A DNA stretch of 64,000 nt. Source: Moniliella sp. 'wahieum' (Eukaryota). A model generated the notes under the pieces. The model searched no databases, was not told the origin of the DNA, and saw only the letters and a list, made by a program, of their open reading frames with translations. Positions 37,862-49,880 of the stretch are shown here, in pieces. How positions within the stretch are numbered: the first letter of the stretch is position 1; each line of letters opens with the position of its first letter. Where the stretch lies: assembly GCA_003971905.1 (NCBI GenBank), contig RSEE01000004.1, forward strand, positions 124,001 to 188,000, given 5' to 3'. A program made the position numbers and the translations under genes.

Positions 37862-40727
37862 TCAAACGTAGCTTCCAACCACCTCCTCATACTCTCCACC
37901 AGCCGCGCCAGCCTGGTTGGCCATCACGTCGGCACGATGGGCCCGGTCGCGCCGCCAGGAGGCCTTGGACTTGCCCCGACGTCCAGGATGGTGTTTGGGC
38001 ACTTTGCGCACATGCACGCGTCGCGTTCCATCGGGCAAGATTTCGATCTGAACAGCGAGAAGTTAGCGCCCTGACCAGTCCAGTCTCAGCAGAAATAAGG
38101 GAAAACGTACCTCTTCTTCTTCGTCATATTCATCTCCAGACAGATCAGCTTGAGAACGCTTGCGGCCCGCGCCCACCCCGCCGGGCGCTTCTGTGTCGGG
38201 AACAGAGGAGGCCATATGGGTCGGGACTGTAATGACAGGCATGGGCGCGTCCAGATTGATCCGGGCCACCTCAGCCCAAGCTTCCAACGACATACGGGGG
38301 ACACCATCAATCACCTCGGTGTCTGGGTCAGACGGGGCCGATTCCGAAACGTGTGTCACATCCTGTTGGACAGAAGAGAAAGAGGTGGTTGGCTGTTGGA
38401 CAGAATCCATCGAGACGGTGGGTAGCGTGTCCATTGGACCAGGAACACGTTCCCCGTCCGAAAGGAAGGCGGGCGGATCTGAAGATAAAGCGGGGGCAAC
38501 TGAGGAGCTGCTCAATAGTTCCGACGCCTTGCCCACTTCAGTAGACGTGGGCGCTACCGATGACGGTCGAGAGGAAGAGTGGCGCTTAAGCGGAGTACGC
38601 TTGGACATGATCTTGTTCATCAGCGAAGGTTGAGAAATGTCCAGTTTGCGGTATTTGGCCTTGATCTGCGCACGGGTGCGGCGAGGAAACGCGCGGGCGA
38701 TCATGCCAAAGTCGCTCCCCCAAAGGCCGATCGCCGCCAAGAGCTGTTTGTTTCTTGAGGTGTCCATGCCTTTTGCGCGGCGTAGCCGCATCACCATCAC
38801 GAAGGAGCGCAAAGCGTTTGCCACGCCGGGTAGTGTGGACATAGGATGCACTGTTGGTAAACGTCCATTCATCCCGATCCTCAGCATGGACCTCGTCGTT
38901 GTTGGCTTGGTCAAACGCCTCCTGGTTCCGGTCGTAAAGCAACGAATCGGGGTCCACATCGATCGTCCCATCGTCCCGCATGCGAAACTGCGCCGCGCCA
39001 CCTGATTCCCGAAACTTGCGCGATCTGACTACCGGCTTGGCCTCCATGCCAGCTTCGAGTGAGACCGGATCAGTGTCGTTCGCCTTGGTCTTGCCCCGCT
39101 TATTGCGCGTCGATTCCCCATCCACCGGACCGACCTCATTATCCGTGTCTGCGCCCGTCGTCTCACCCGCTGTCTCGATAGTGCCGACCAGCTCTTGTCC
39201 GTTGGGTTACCCAGGTTTGGGGGGAGAGGGGAAGCAAGGCCATTGGTCTGAGTGGTAGGCTCGGAGCCAGTGTTGTTGGGCACCGAGGCGTCCAAGCTTG
39301 CCGGATCCGGTCCCGGTCCCTCAGGTTCGGACTCGGGAATCGCCCCAAACCCTCGGCCTCTGAATCATCGCTCTTGATGTCGGTACGATACTCCTCCCCG
39401 TTGGCAATTCGGCGCTCAAGGTGGCGCTGGGCTTTGGCAGCCAACTCAGCGTTGGCCGTTTTCCAAGCACTGTATTTTTCAGCCAGAGCAAACGTCTTGG
39501 GTCCGGGCAATCCCCAGGTCCAGCATGCCCGTCAGGTCCGCCATACTTGTACTGCTCTCCGGTCCCTGCATCGAAGCCGGTAGGACCAAATCGGGCTCCG
39601 ACTGGTCGGATTCGGACGTGGTATCCTCCACTTCCAACCCTTGCGCTCGGCGCTGTTGCCGCTCTTCCCTCCGTTTGGCTCGTGCATGGCGGTACTCGTC
39701 GACCTGAGCGGAGTGCTCAGCTTGAAGATGCTCCCATTGAAGACGTTCCTGCTCCACGCTTGGGAGATTGGAGTGAGCAAACGGACGTCGACGGCGTTGA
39801 TGTGGGGAGGGATTGTGCCCCGTGGGCTGCCGAGCGAGATCCGCGTTGACATTTGTGCGCAAGCTAGAAGCGCGTTGTTTGCGCCGGCGGCTCAGAATTG
39901 GGTTGCCAGGTGATCCCAACGAGTCGTCGGACGAAACACCCGCTTCCTCACCCATATTCACGTGCGCAGTGGTCTTCTTAGAAGCTCGAATAGCGGGTTG
40001 AGGACATGGGCTGGAAGAACCCGGGGAGGCGGTAGCAGTCCCACACCCGAACTAGGGGTAGAGCTTGGCGGCGGTACTATTCCAATGTGTGGGTGGGAGC
40101 GGGCCATGGAAGATAACCCCACATGGAAAGCAACTGGGTCGGAAGCGAGCGAGGTCAGAGCTTGAGGCTGTGCCAACGAAAGACGCGACGAGGGCGTACG
40201 CCCACGACTAGGCCCAGGGGAAGGACCCGGAGTAGACCCCAACCGGTTCCAAGGCACAGATGATGATGTGCCCTGAGAAGAGAGCCCGGGTTTCCCCAAA
40301 GCTTCGGACGGTACGATTGGAGAAGAAGGCTGAACAGGAATCGGGGTCGCCTGCTGCGTCAGGTCAGGCTGAGAGCTAGACGCGAGTGTTGGCACCATGT
40401 TGTTAACCTCAGGACGGCGCGTCTCGACGGGATCCTTCGACTGTGGTTGAGAGGATCCACCATCTTGCACGTGAGAAGAGCTAGCCGCTGCTGATACGGT
40501 GTGCGGGGTGGCATCGGGCTCAGGGAGTGAAGCGAGGGCTGGGGCTGGGCCCGGCTGAGACGAAGGATGGGCGGTTGTGGACTTGGCCGTCGCGTGCTTC
40601 GCCGCGGTTGTGCGCTGGGCAGAAGTGGTGGTCTTGGATTCGGTGGATGTGTCGGCGGCGGGTGCGGTGCGGCGCGCGATAGCGATGGCCTGAACTTGGA
40701 GCCAGCCTTCTCGACACGCGACGACAT
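37862..40727 (-). CDS. BDP1: TFIIIB B'' subunit Bdp1 (SANT/Myb-like domain)
   Basis: N-terminus MSSRVEKAGSKFRP, then AAQFRMRDDGTIDVDPDSL..FTNSASY and the SANT AIGLWGSDFGMIARAFPRRTRAQIKAKYRKLD. Intron 38048-38110. Last exon ends EYEEVVGSYV*. Confidence 0.85.
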
Positions 40728-41036
40728 GTTGATGGGGGCGACGTAAAAAAAGATTTGACATGACCTGGGTTCGTTCTGGCGAGAGCGCGGCTGTTTGGTT
40801 ACGTAACCCGTGCTGGCAATTCCAACTGGCCTATTCTCTCTCCATGCGAGAGGGGGCACTGGAGCAATACGCTCCAACAAAGAACGCAGTTGCTGATTAC
40901 TGACTGATATGCTGACACCTGACCCGCCTGACGCGTGACCCATAATCAGAACTGACCCATTTGGGTTGGACTGCCCACCCTCCCTATTTGGAGCACCCTT
41001 GCCCCGCACTGCACTTCCTGGGGCCCACCCTCCATC

Positions 41037-42821
41037 ATGTCGTTTGCAGCGGCACTGGTGCTGGCCGCGTGTCTATCGGCGCTCCCGGCCAGTCAGGCCT
41101 TATGGCCCCAGCCCAAACACCTCCAGTCGGGCGCCCAGCCCATCCAGATCGACAGCACGTCGTTGCGGATCACCTGGCCACCTGATGCGCCCCAGGATCT
41201 GCGCATGGCCGCCACCAGGATTTGGAGCGAGATTGACGCCAGCCAGGTCGCAGCCCTGATTCCAGATCGTGGGGCGGGCGGTGGAGTGAAGTACACGCTG
41301 CTCCCACTTTGGATGCTCTCGATATTCATCTCCCCCCCAATGTGTCAAGCTTGCAAGCCTCCGTTGCAGCCCCATTGGACCAGTACGATGAGAGGTACAA
41401 CCTTACTGTACCTGTTGATGGACGGCCCGCCGTAATCGAAGCGTACACCGCCTTGGGCGCATTGCGTGGCCTTACCACATTTCAGCACCTTGTTTCTCTC
41501 TTCCTCAAGATGGGTCGCAGTACATTTGGGACGGACCCTACCGCATCCGAGATGAGCCAGCCTACCCCTACCGTGGTTTCCTCTTGGACACTGCCCGCAA
41601 TTTTTACTCGTAAAGGATCTAGAGCGAACACTCGATACCATGTCGTTCGTCAAGATGAACCAGGTATGTTCTGTACCTTGTAAACACTCACTTCCTGGAC
41701 TTGACACACATTATGGGATCAGTTCCACTGGCATATTGTCGATTCGCAAAACTTCCCTTGCAGTTGGACGGTGCCTACGCTGTTCTCGCTCAAAAAGGAT
41801 CTCCGGTTGGGATGCGCTACACCAAAGACGATGTGGCGCACGTGGTCCAGTACGCGGCTCGCGTGGCATCAATGTGATTGTGGAGATTGACATGCCTGGA
41901 CACCAGTATGAAGGGCCAGCTTCGTTCCCTGGGCCCAATTTGATGCAATGCGGTGGCGAGGCTGATTGGTGGGACATTGCCAACGAACCCCCTCCAGGAT
42001 CTCTCAAACTGAACGACCCAGCAGTCAACGCGTACATTTCCGGATTGATCGAGGAAGTGGCACCATTGTTTCCCAGTACCTACTTTGGTACTGGGGGGAC
42101 GAAGTGGACCTCAACTGCTATGGTGCCACCAACGCTTCGGACATTGATGCCGATGGCATCCTTCCCTTTGTCAGCCATGCCCATGCAACGCTCGCCCGCC
42201 AAGGTAAAACACCCCTCGTATGGGAGGAGATGGTCCTCGACTTCCCCGAGACGGGCAAATCATTACGAAATGGTACTGTGGTCGAGGCTTGGACCACCTC
42301 AACGAATGCGGCTAGGATCCTTTCGTCCAATCCGGGTGTCTTTCTCATTCACGCTCCGAGTAATTACTTTTACCTCGATTGTGGGACTGCGGGCGACTGG
42401 TTACGAGGTGCCTCAGGGAATGCAAGTTACTGGTGCCCTTACGTTTCGTGGAGCAAAACGTACGAGTTTGATCCGGTGGCAGGAATTGAGGAAGAACACA
42501 TACAAGGTGGTGCATCCCGTGTCCTCGGCGGAGAGGCGACCCTCTGGTCCGAGACTGTCGATGGCGGGGTTCTCGATGCAATCATTTGGCCTAGAGCGGC
42601 TGCGCGCGGAGGTGTTTTGGACAGGTGCTTCCTTTTCCCTTAGTAACGGCACAAATCATCTTCCAACGATTGTCAAGCGCAACGTGACCGAGGCCTTGCC
42701 CCGACTACACGATGTCCGCTACCGGATAGTGGACCGCGGGGTGGCCGCACGTCCGTTGCAGCCGTTGTACTGCACCTTACGGCCCGATGCGTGTTTGTCT
42801 CCGCCCGCCAAGCGGGTGTAG
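41037..42821 (+). CDS. Secreted GH20 beta-N-acetylhexosaminidase
   Basis: Signal peptide MSFAAALVLAACLSALPASQALWPQP. Motifs DERYNL, GALRGLTTF, DEPAYPYRGFLLDTARNF, EIDMPGH, GTGGDEV, YFYLDCG, LGGEATLWSE and LQPLYC. Intron 41664-41722. Confidence 0.95.
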
Positions 42822-43683
42822 ACGCTCGTGAATCGTCCTGATCCAGTGTACTTTTTCCCTTTTTAGAGAGCTTGGGGTTGGCTCTGAAGGTTACGCGTTC
42901 TCAATGAGGAGCCAGATCAGAGCGCGCCAGCCTCAAGACGTAATCCCTGTCTGATCTACCATGTCTTTCTTTCGCTTTGTTGTACATTTTCCCCTGCCCA
43001 CGATCTTCAACCATTCATTCTTCTCGCAGGAGTCAAGGCTCACAGTGCCATAGTTTGGCCGTCTCGCTTTTCCCTGTCCTTCCGCTTCCCCCCATGTCCT
43101 CTGTTCTTCCTTCTTCCCCACGAACGATTGATATATCCTTGGTCTAGTCCCGACTCTGGTCTCTCTCGCCTTAGGCCTTAGCCCCGACTTAGACGCTGTC
43201 ATCGGTCCCATCCGTCATTTTATCAGCATCATCCGTCCACTTGTCACATCTCCGCTTTCCCCATGGGGGAGCGCACCATACCCGCTATTTTTTACAGGTT
43301 ATCGACAGCTCGACGCAATGGGGTCTCCCCACTCTTAGACAATCCATGCTTCGTACAGCGTTGCTGCCAAGCACATCATGTATCGCGTCGCATCTATACA
43401 AGCCGGATTCGGGTCTGGTCAAACTCAATTCGCTCGTCGAATCTCTCCGAGCTGAATCCGGTGGTGCTCAGATTCGCTGTGACTTCGCTGCTGGTCCACC
43501 TTGCCACACGCTTGAGCGCGGAACAAGAGCTGGCTACGTGCTAACGAAAGTAGGTTAAAATGCTGGATGTGATGAACGTTGGATGTGAACCGCTGTGTCC
43601 ACGTTGGAGACGGAAAGGCCCGATAATCAAAGGGGCGGTTGCGGTATAACAAAGGAGGAGGGGATTGCAGTATAAGTAGTTAG

Positions 43684-44982
43684 TTACAGCCGACCCACAT
43701 GCTGGCTATTGTGTTGTTGAGCAACCATCTCCTGCTCTTCTTTCTTTTGCCGCGCCAATGCCAACCAACGGCGACAGCTGACCCCGCCGCTTGCCCACGG
43801 CCATGTCCACACTTCCAGCCAGCCCACCTCGACAGAGTCCGGCTGGCGCGCCGGGCGCAGACCCAGCCACGTCCTGCATCCACAGGGACCATGTGGGACA
43901 CATCGGCCACGCCGTCTGCACCTCGGCCGCTCGCGGAGTTGTGCCTGCCCATATCGAGAGCCCAGACGAGTCCGATGGTTGAGGTGGGGTATGAGCTTGC
44001 GCTTGGGCCATCGCTTCGAACGTAGCCGGGTACCAAGTCCCGTCTGGATTGGGTTTCCATCCCATAGCGTGAAACTGAGCCGCTTGAGCGGCCTCCTCGT
44101 CCGCCTCTGCCTGCGCCTCGAGCACTTCCGGCGATTCATCCACCCCCTCAAACGCCGGGGCAGAGGAAAGTGTACTCCGGGAAAATGGATGGAGGGAAGC
44201 TACAAGCGAGGGGGACGGGGAAGGGGCCGCAGAACGGTGCCGTGAGGCGTACGGGACCCGTGTGGGGCTGGGCGCATCGGATGAAATGGAGCGGGAGAAG
44301 GGAGGTGGAGGCGGTGGAGCGAGCGGAGGTGGAATAGGATTGAGATGATTGGTGCGAGACCGAGGTGCGTGTGCACGTTTTCAGAGGCGGCAGACTGGTC
44401 CCGTTGCTCGTTCGGGTGCTGCTGGTGGCGAGGCGGAGGACACTTTTTTCAGCCCTCCGAACCCGACGGAACGCCGCATTGTCTTTGCTGCTGATGGGCC
44501 TCTCGGTCTCGAGAGGAGGAGAGAGGAGAGGGAGAAGTATTCAGGCCCACCCCAGAAGATGGTACCTTATCTCCCACCCTCACCTCCTCTTCTTCCTCTT
44601 CCCCATCCATTCCTCCTCTTCGTTGCTCTTTGCCTTATTCTCGGAAGAACGGTCCAAGGGGTCAATGGATGGCGGAGTTTGGCATGTGAGTTCGTTGGCA
44701 GTGGGTGCGAAAATAGGAGCGAGTGGTTGGGAAGCGTGCGAGATCCAGAACCGACCTGGAGGCGGGGGCGTTTGCGCTCTTTTTCTCAGCCGGCGCAGGC
44801 GGAGCCGACCTGCGAGATTCGGGACTAGGTTGGTCCACTTGGGGGCTGTGTGGACACGTTCGGTGGCACAGCATACGTCGGTGCACAGAACTGCGCGGTG
44901 GAAAGGTGAGGCAAATGGATGGACTGGGCTCGTAACGACTCGAGTCGGTGTCAGAGTCCGAGGGATAGGACACAAGCGCCAT
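43684..44982 (-). CDS. PRCC-like (MAD2B-interacting domain) Pro-rich protein; 3' end approximate
   Basis: N-terminus MALVSYPSDSDTD resembles PRCC family starts, and C-terminal GKRRGQLS(P)L..ALARQKKEEQEMVAQ resembles the PRCC 'KRKHQL..L...A' helix. The middle is frameshifted. Confidence 0.5.
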
Positions 44983-45383
44983 GATGGTGTGGTGGTGGAT
45001 GAGTACGATCGATGAGTACTGAGTATGGATGATCAATTAGAGTGGTGCGGGGGATCGATAATCGATGAGCGCTTTTTAGCCATCTTTGGACGACTGCTGT
45101 GCCCCGCTCCTGTTTGAAAGTTTGACCTGGTCTGTGCGCATAAGCGGGTGTCTGTACTGCGTGGAGTGCTGCCCGCTTGTACCGATCCGATCAATCAACA
45201 TCAATCGTCTCGAAATTGAAACCATTGAACATGAAACTTTTGGCTCTATGAATGACACGAATCCAAAGAGATGCTGGTGTGCAATGGCATGCACGTGCCC
45301 TATGGACTTCCCACAGCAGATGAGCTAGGCGCTAGCGACATGTGCTAAGTACTCACTTTACGTACTCGTGCACTTCTCGCCTC

Positions 45384-45430
45384 TAGCTTCAAGTTTCAAG
45401 CTTCAAGCTCTTCAAGCTCTTCAAGCCTCA
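45384..45430. repeat. Imperfect tandem repeat of TTCAAGC
   Basis: tagcttcaagtttcaagcttcaagctcttcaagctcttcaagcctca. Confidence 0.75.
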
Positions 45431-45630
45431 ATGAGGGCTTCACATTCACATGAATCCTGAGCTTGAGCCTCAAGCGCTTCTCAACCCTGTGGGCATGCAT
45501 TGAGGCTGAACGAATTAGAAGAGCAGGATATTTGGAAACTGCTGCGCCATGTGGTTGGGAAGGCACACATAGTAGGTGGCATACATAGGGACCAGAAGCT
45601 ATCGCTGACCGACACTCGGAAGGCTGCAGG

Positions 45631-45657
45631 TCAACGTTCAACGTTCAACGTTCAACG
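45631..45657. repeat. Tandem repeat (TCAACGT)x~4
   Basis: tcaacgttcaacgttcaacgttcaacg. Confidence 0.85.
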
Positions 45658-46789
45658 AGGTCCTCACTATGTATTGGCGCGTAATCAGGGACTATTCTTT
45701 TGATGTTGATAGCATGCACTGATTAACTGATTGTGCTCTTGGAGAGGCGGAACGGACAATGGATGATGTCGCGGATGCATGGGTGAGAGCAAAGATTAAT
45801 GATCGATGGTCGATGACTAGGATGACTCGACCCCATCTATTGAATCTCAGATCGATCTCAGATCACGGTTTGGGCACTTTGGCACTGGGGCGTTTGAGTG
45901 GCGTTTGACGCGTAACGTGCGACACTTCGGAAGCTTGAGAGCTCGAGACGGGGCGGCTGAGGCCGCAGCGCGGAAGATTGGTGGGGCAGCACTGCTGCAC
46001 AACGCCTGACGTGTGACAGGCACCAGCAACCTGCACCGACCCGCCCAGTCGGTGCTGATCATGCCCCTTACGTAAATAGACACTGGCGCCGTGCGTCCGA
46101 GTGGGTGCACTGGCCACCAAGACAGCCTGGCAGCTGGGAGGAACGTACGAGATGGGGGCGCAGCAGCGCAGCTTGGAGCTCTGAATTCAAGTCTGAGAGA
46201 TCTGAGACCTGAGATACGAGAACTGAGAGATACTGCGAGCTGCAGCGCCGAAGCGCTGAGCGGCCGAGCGCTGAAAAAAAAGCTGAAGCTTCCGAAGCTT
46301 CAATTGAACGTCGGGACGCGTGATCGTCACACGAGGCTTGGGCTTGAGCGCTTGCGCTTCGCTTAGCGCTGGGCCTGCTGCGGCCTCAGCACTGGGCAGT
46401 ACTTGCCCTTAACTGCGAAAGCAGCACTGCTGGGGCGGCGGCTTGGGCTGGCGGCCGTGGGCAGGCTAGTGGGGTGTGAAGAGTGTCCCTGGGCATACAT
46501 AGCGACCCGAGGAACTCTCAGGCCCCAGTGCTCGGCGCTGGCGCCTTGTGACGAATGCATGACGTGGGACAAGTGCGTGTGACAGACAGCCACCAGCAGG
46601 CCACTGCGCCAGCCAAGCCACCTGCCTCTTTGGGGCAGCCAGCCCGCATGCAGTAGCACCCCCGCCTCCTGCACCACCCAGGGCCACGCCAGGCCACTCC
46701 ACGCCCCCTCGCCCATCCCACCATCCAGCGCCATCCCCACCTCCCCCCCTGCCTTCCTCCCTCCAAGTTGGGCAATGACGGACCCTTCA

Positions 46790-48900
46790 TCCCATGCCTG
46801 CTGGTGACGCCAATCCGCACCCGCATCCTGTCCTCATGCGCTCTTCTCCTCCCCGCCCCCGCCTGCCCAGCGCGCAGACTTTGACCCCAACTCTGTGCCC
46901 GACACCGACACCAATCCCAACTATGCTCCCAACGGTTCCGGCAGCTTAGCCGACTCCGACTCAGGCTCCGACCCATCCGGCTCCTCATCCTCCCCTGGCT
47001 CCAACTCCGGCTCGGACGACTGCGATACACACCCCTCCTTTCCCGCGCCCACCGGCATTTCAATGTCCGGCCAACCTGCTGCGATCCATTTTTCTCTCGA
47101 CGTGACCCCGCCCACTGCCTGTAGCCCAATGAACATTACCTTCGCCCCACTTGGTGTTCCGCCCTACCACGTCACGGTTGCCATCACCAATCAGTACTTC
47201 TACGCGTTTGAAATCCCGCAAGACTATGCCCCGCTCGACCGGGGCTTGTGGACGTACGAGTGGACTGTACCGTTGATCTCTGACAACCAATCGTCTCTCG
47301 TCGTGGCCCTGACCGATACCAGTGGCGCGATGGCCAACACGTCCCTGATCCAAAGTATCGTATCGCCCTCCACTCTACCTCAACAATGCCCTTCTCCCTT
47401 GCGCCCGGCCGATTTTGTGTTCTACAGTTCTGGCGCTCCACTTCAATGCGAGCGCTGGAATATCTTATTTTATTCAACGATGGCAACTACCACCGCCCTC
47501 AGCTCCAACTTGACTAACAGTCATGCCATCCCTTTTACCATGCAATACTATCCCGAGCAACAACCGCCCATCTCGGTTAACATCCCCATCGGCTCCTGGG
47601 ACTCCACCAATCTTAATGGATCCGCCTCGGTCTTGTTGCCCATGCGCGCCGGCACTGCCTTTATGTACACCATGGCCGACTCGGGGGCCTACCCACAGGG
47701 GGAGTGTCCTTCCGCAACGTGATGGGCTTAGACGAGAATTTTCTCAACGACTCGTGTCTCAACGCGCAGATCCCGGGCTACGGCGCACAACTTCCAAGGC
47801 CTAGTGAGACTGTGGCACCCATGTCGCTGCAGGGGCTACCAGACCGGTATGTGACCACAACCTTCTCATACACACCGGTTCGCACGTCCACGTCCTCTCC
47901 CATTGCTGCAATCCAAACCGTTGTGAAAGGAAACCCCTACCTGGCTACCGTTGGAGATCTCCAAGTCGCCTGTCTTCCAGCAGTGCAAGTCAACGTTCAG
48001 GTCTGACCCACGGACAGATTGCGGGTGTGGTGGTGGCAGTAGTAGGATGCGCAGTGTTAATGGTGTTTGCCCTGTTTCGCCCGCTGTCTCGCACGCAAAC
48101 GTCGACGGGATGGTGGTGTGACGGCTTGGGACTTACCTTCTTCTGACGCCGACAAGCGTCCGACGCTGTTCAATGCACAGGCCCCTATTACCGAAGGCAT
48201 CTTTACTGGGCGGACTGCGTATTTCCCGTCCGCAAGCCAGTCGTCAACCGATGCGTTGGCACCTAATATGCGTGCCTCGGACGTGGCTCCAGATGAAGCA
48301 GACGCTGCCGTCGGGAACGGAACTGGCCATACGTCCTTGACCAGCAGCGCCGGCGACACCCCATACCCTCTTCTTCCAGCCACTCCGATACCACAAAGCG
48401 CATCTCTGGTTTCGACCCCGTCAATGCCTCCCTTCATGGTTGACGCCACAGACTCTAACGCGCTCCTGCGTCCTCCCACACGCGACGTGCCTTGATCCGT
48501 GGTCCCTCTAGCATAGAGGAAGCACGTTCAGCCCATGTTGGTTCCAGTCTGCGTGGAGCCGGCATGAGCGTGACGAGTCTGAGTCGCCCTCAGAGTTTAG
48601 TGCCTCTTCCGTCAACCCATTCCGTAATGGGGCGAGAGACGGGCACCTTGTCGTCGGATCACAATACGGTTCAGATTCGTCAGCACCTTGATGCCGGGGT
48701 CATCTTGATGGACGACAATGAAGCGGGGGAGGTGGTCGATTTGCCCCCCCAGTACGAGTCGCTATCGAGGCCGTATGTGCCCACTCCGTACGGAGGCACA
48801 GCCGCGCCTGAGCCGTACCCGACCTATGCACCCTTGTACCCCACCCCTCATCCTTACACAACCTATTCGTATTATGTCGGCGACAATGGGTCGCACCTGA
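46790..48900 (+). CDS. Type I single-pass membrane protein: Ser/Asp-rich N-terminus, Cys-containing ectodomain, cytosolic tail with PY motif; ends approximate
   Basis: Ectodomain with two related units (TACSPMNITF..GVPPYHVTV; LQCERWNILF..IPFTMQ). TM QIAGVVVAVVGCAVLMVFALF near 48013-48078, followed by RKRRR. Tail IRQHLDAG..VVDLPPQYE. Confidence 0.7.
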
Positions 48901-49880
48901 TCGCCCCCGAGATCGAGTCGTACCCGGCTTCCCGTCTTACTTGGGCCAACCTTCTCAGTTTTCGGATCAATCTCCCGCCATTTTGCCAGCTCATCCGTTA
49001 CCTTTCCCCGGTGCCAGCTCTTCCCATCCGATTGGCCCCTCTGCCTCGCGTCCCCTCATCCCTACTACTGCCCCTCTCCGTCTCGGACGATCGTATCGCA
49101 TCGTCCGTCCCCCTCAATCCACCCGAACCCAGTACGCCTGCCACACCTGCTCCAGAGCTCCCGGCGCCTCGGGTGTTCCTCCAGGTACTTCCTCCCCTGC
49201 TGGGAATAGGGAAGAGGAAAGGGTCGAGGTGGTGGGATCGGGGGGAGGGACAGGCAGGCTTCTGGCTCGATCGCATTCCTACGCCGCCACCTGCCCCACC
49301 GCGAAGACGAGTATGCGTTCGTCGGGGAAGGCCAACAGCTTGGCCCCAACGACACGCTGGCCTGCGCATCGCCGAGACCGCCGAGAAGGCCGGGAGCTTA
49401 GCGCGTATCCTGCCCGCGCGTCGCAAGCGGACGCCCACAGTGTATCCGTGCTAGTGATAATGCAATGGGGATTGTTTGGCTGCCCATGTATCCGATGTGA
49501 CGAACGCGTCCCTGTGTGTCCCGCCAGTCTAGCCTAGCGTGGTAGTTGTTCTCGCTGGCACACCTTGCGTCTCTCCGCCTCGTCGCATGGCATGCTCGGG
49601 TAGAGCAGCTGCGGCGAGGCTGTATATAGTCGTCCCCGTCACTGTCCCATGCCACCCTGCCCGTGCTCGGCACGTGGCGGGCCAGCAGAAATGAAAGATT
49701 GAAGCCCAGGCGAGCAAGGGCCATCCAACCCACCGCTGCGCCGCGCCAGCGCCCAGCGTCCCGCGCCAATCGTAGTTCATGGCCGCCATCTCCCGCCCCC
49801 TCCCCACCACCCCCCTGTGCACTGCACGCGATGGTGCGTGCCCATGACACCCCTCGCTCCAGAGCTCACGCCCACCCACC

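Noticed and set aside
34238..45657. Short repeats as a CRISPR array or telomeric repeats
   Set aside because: The units are 7 bp with no spacers, the context is eukaryotic, and there are no TTAGGG-type arrays.
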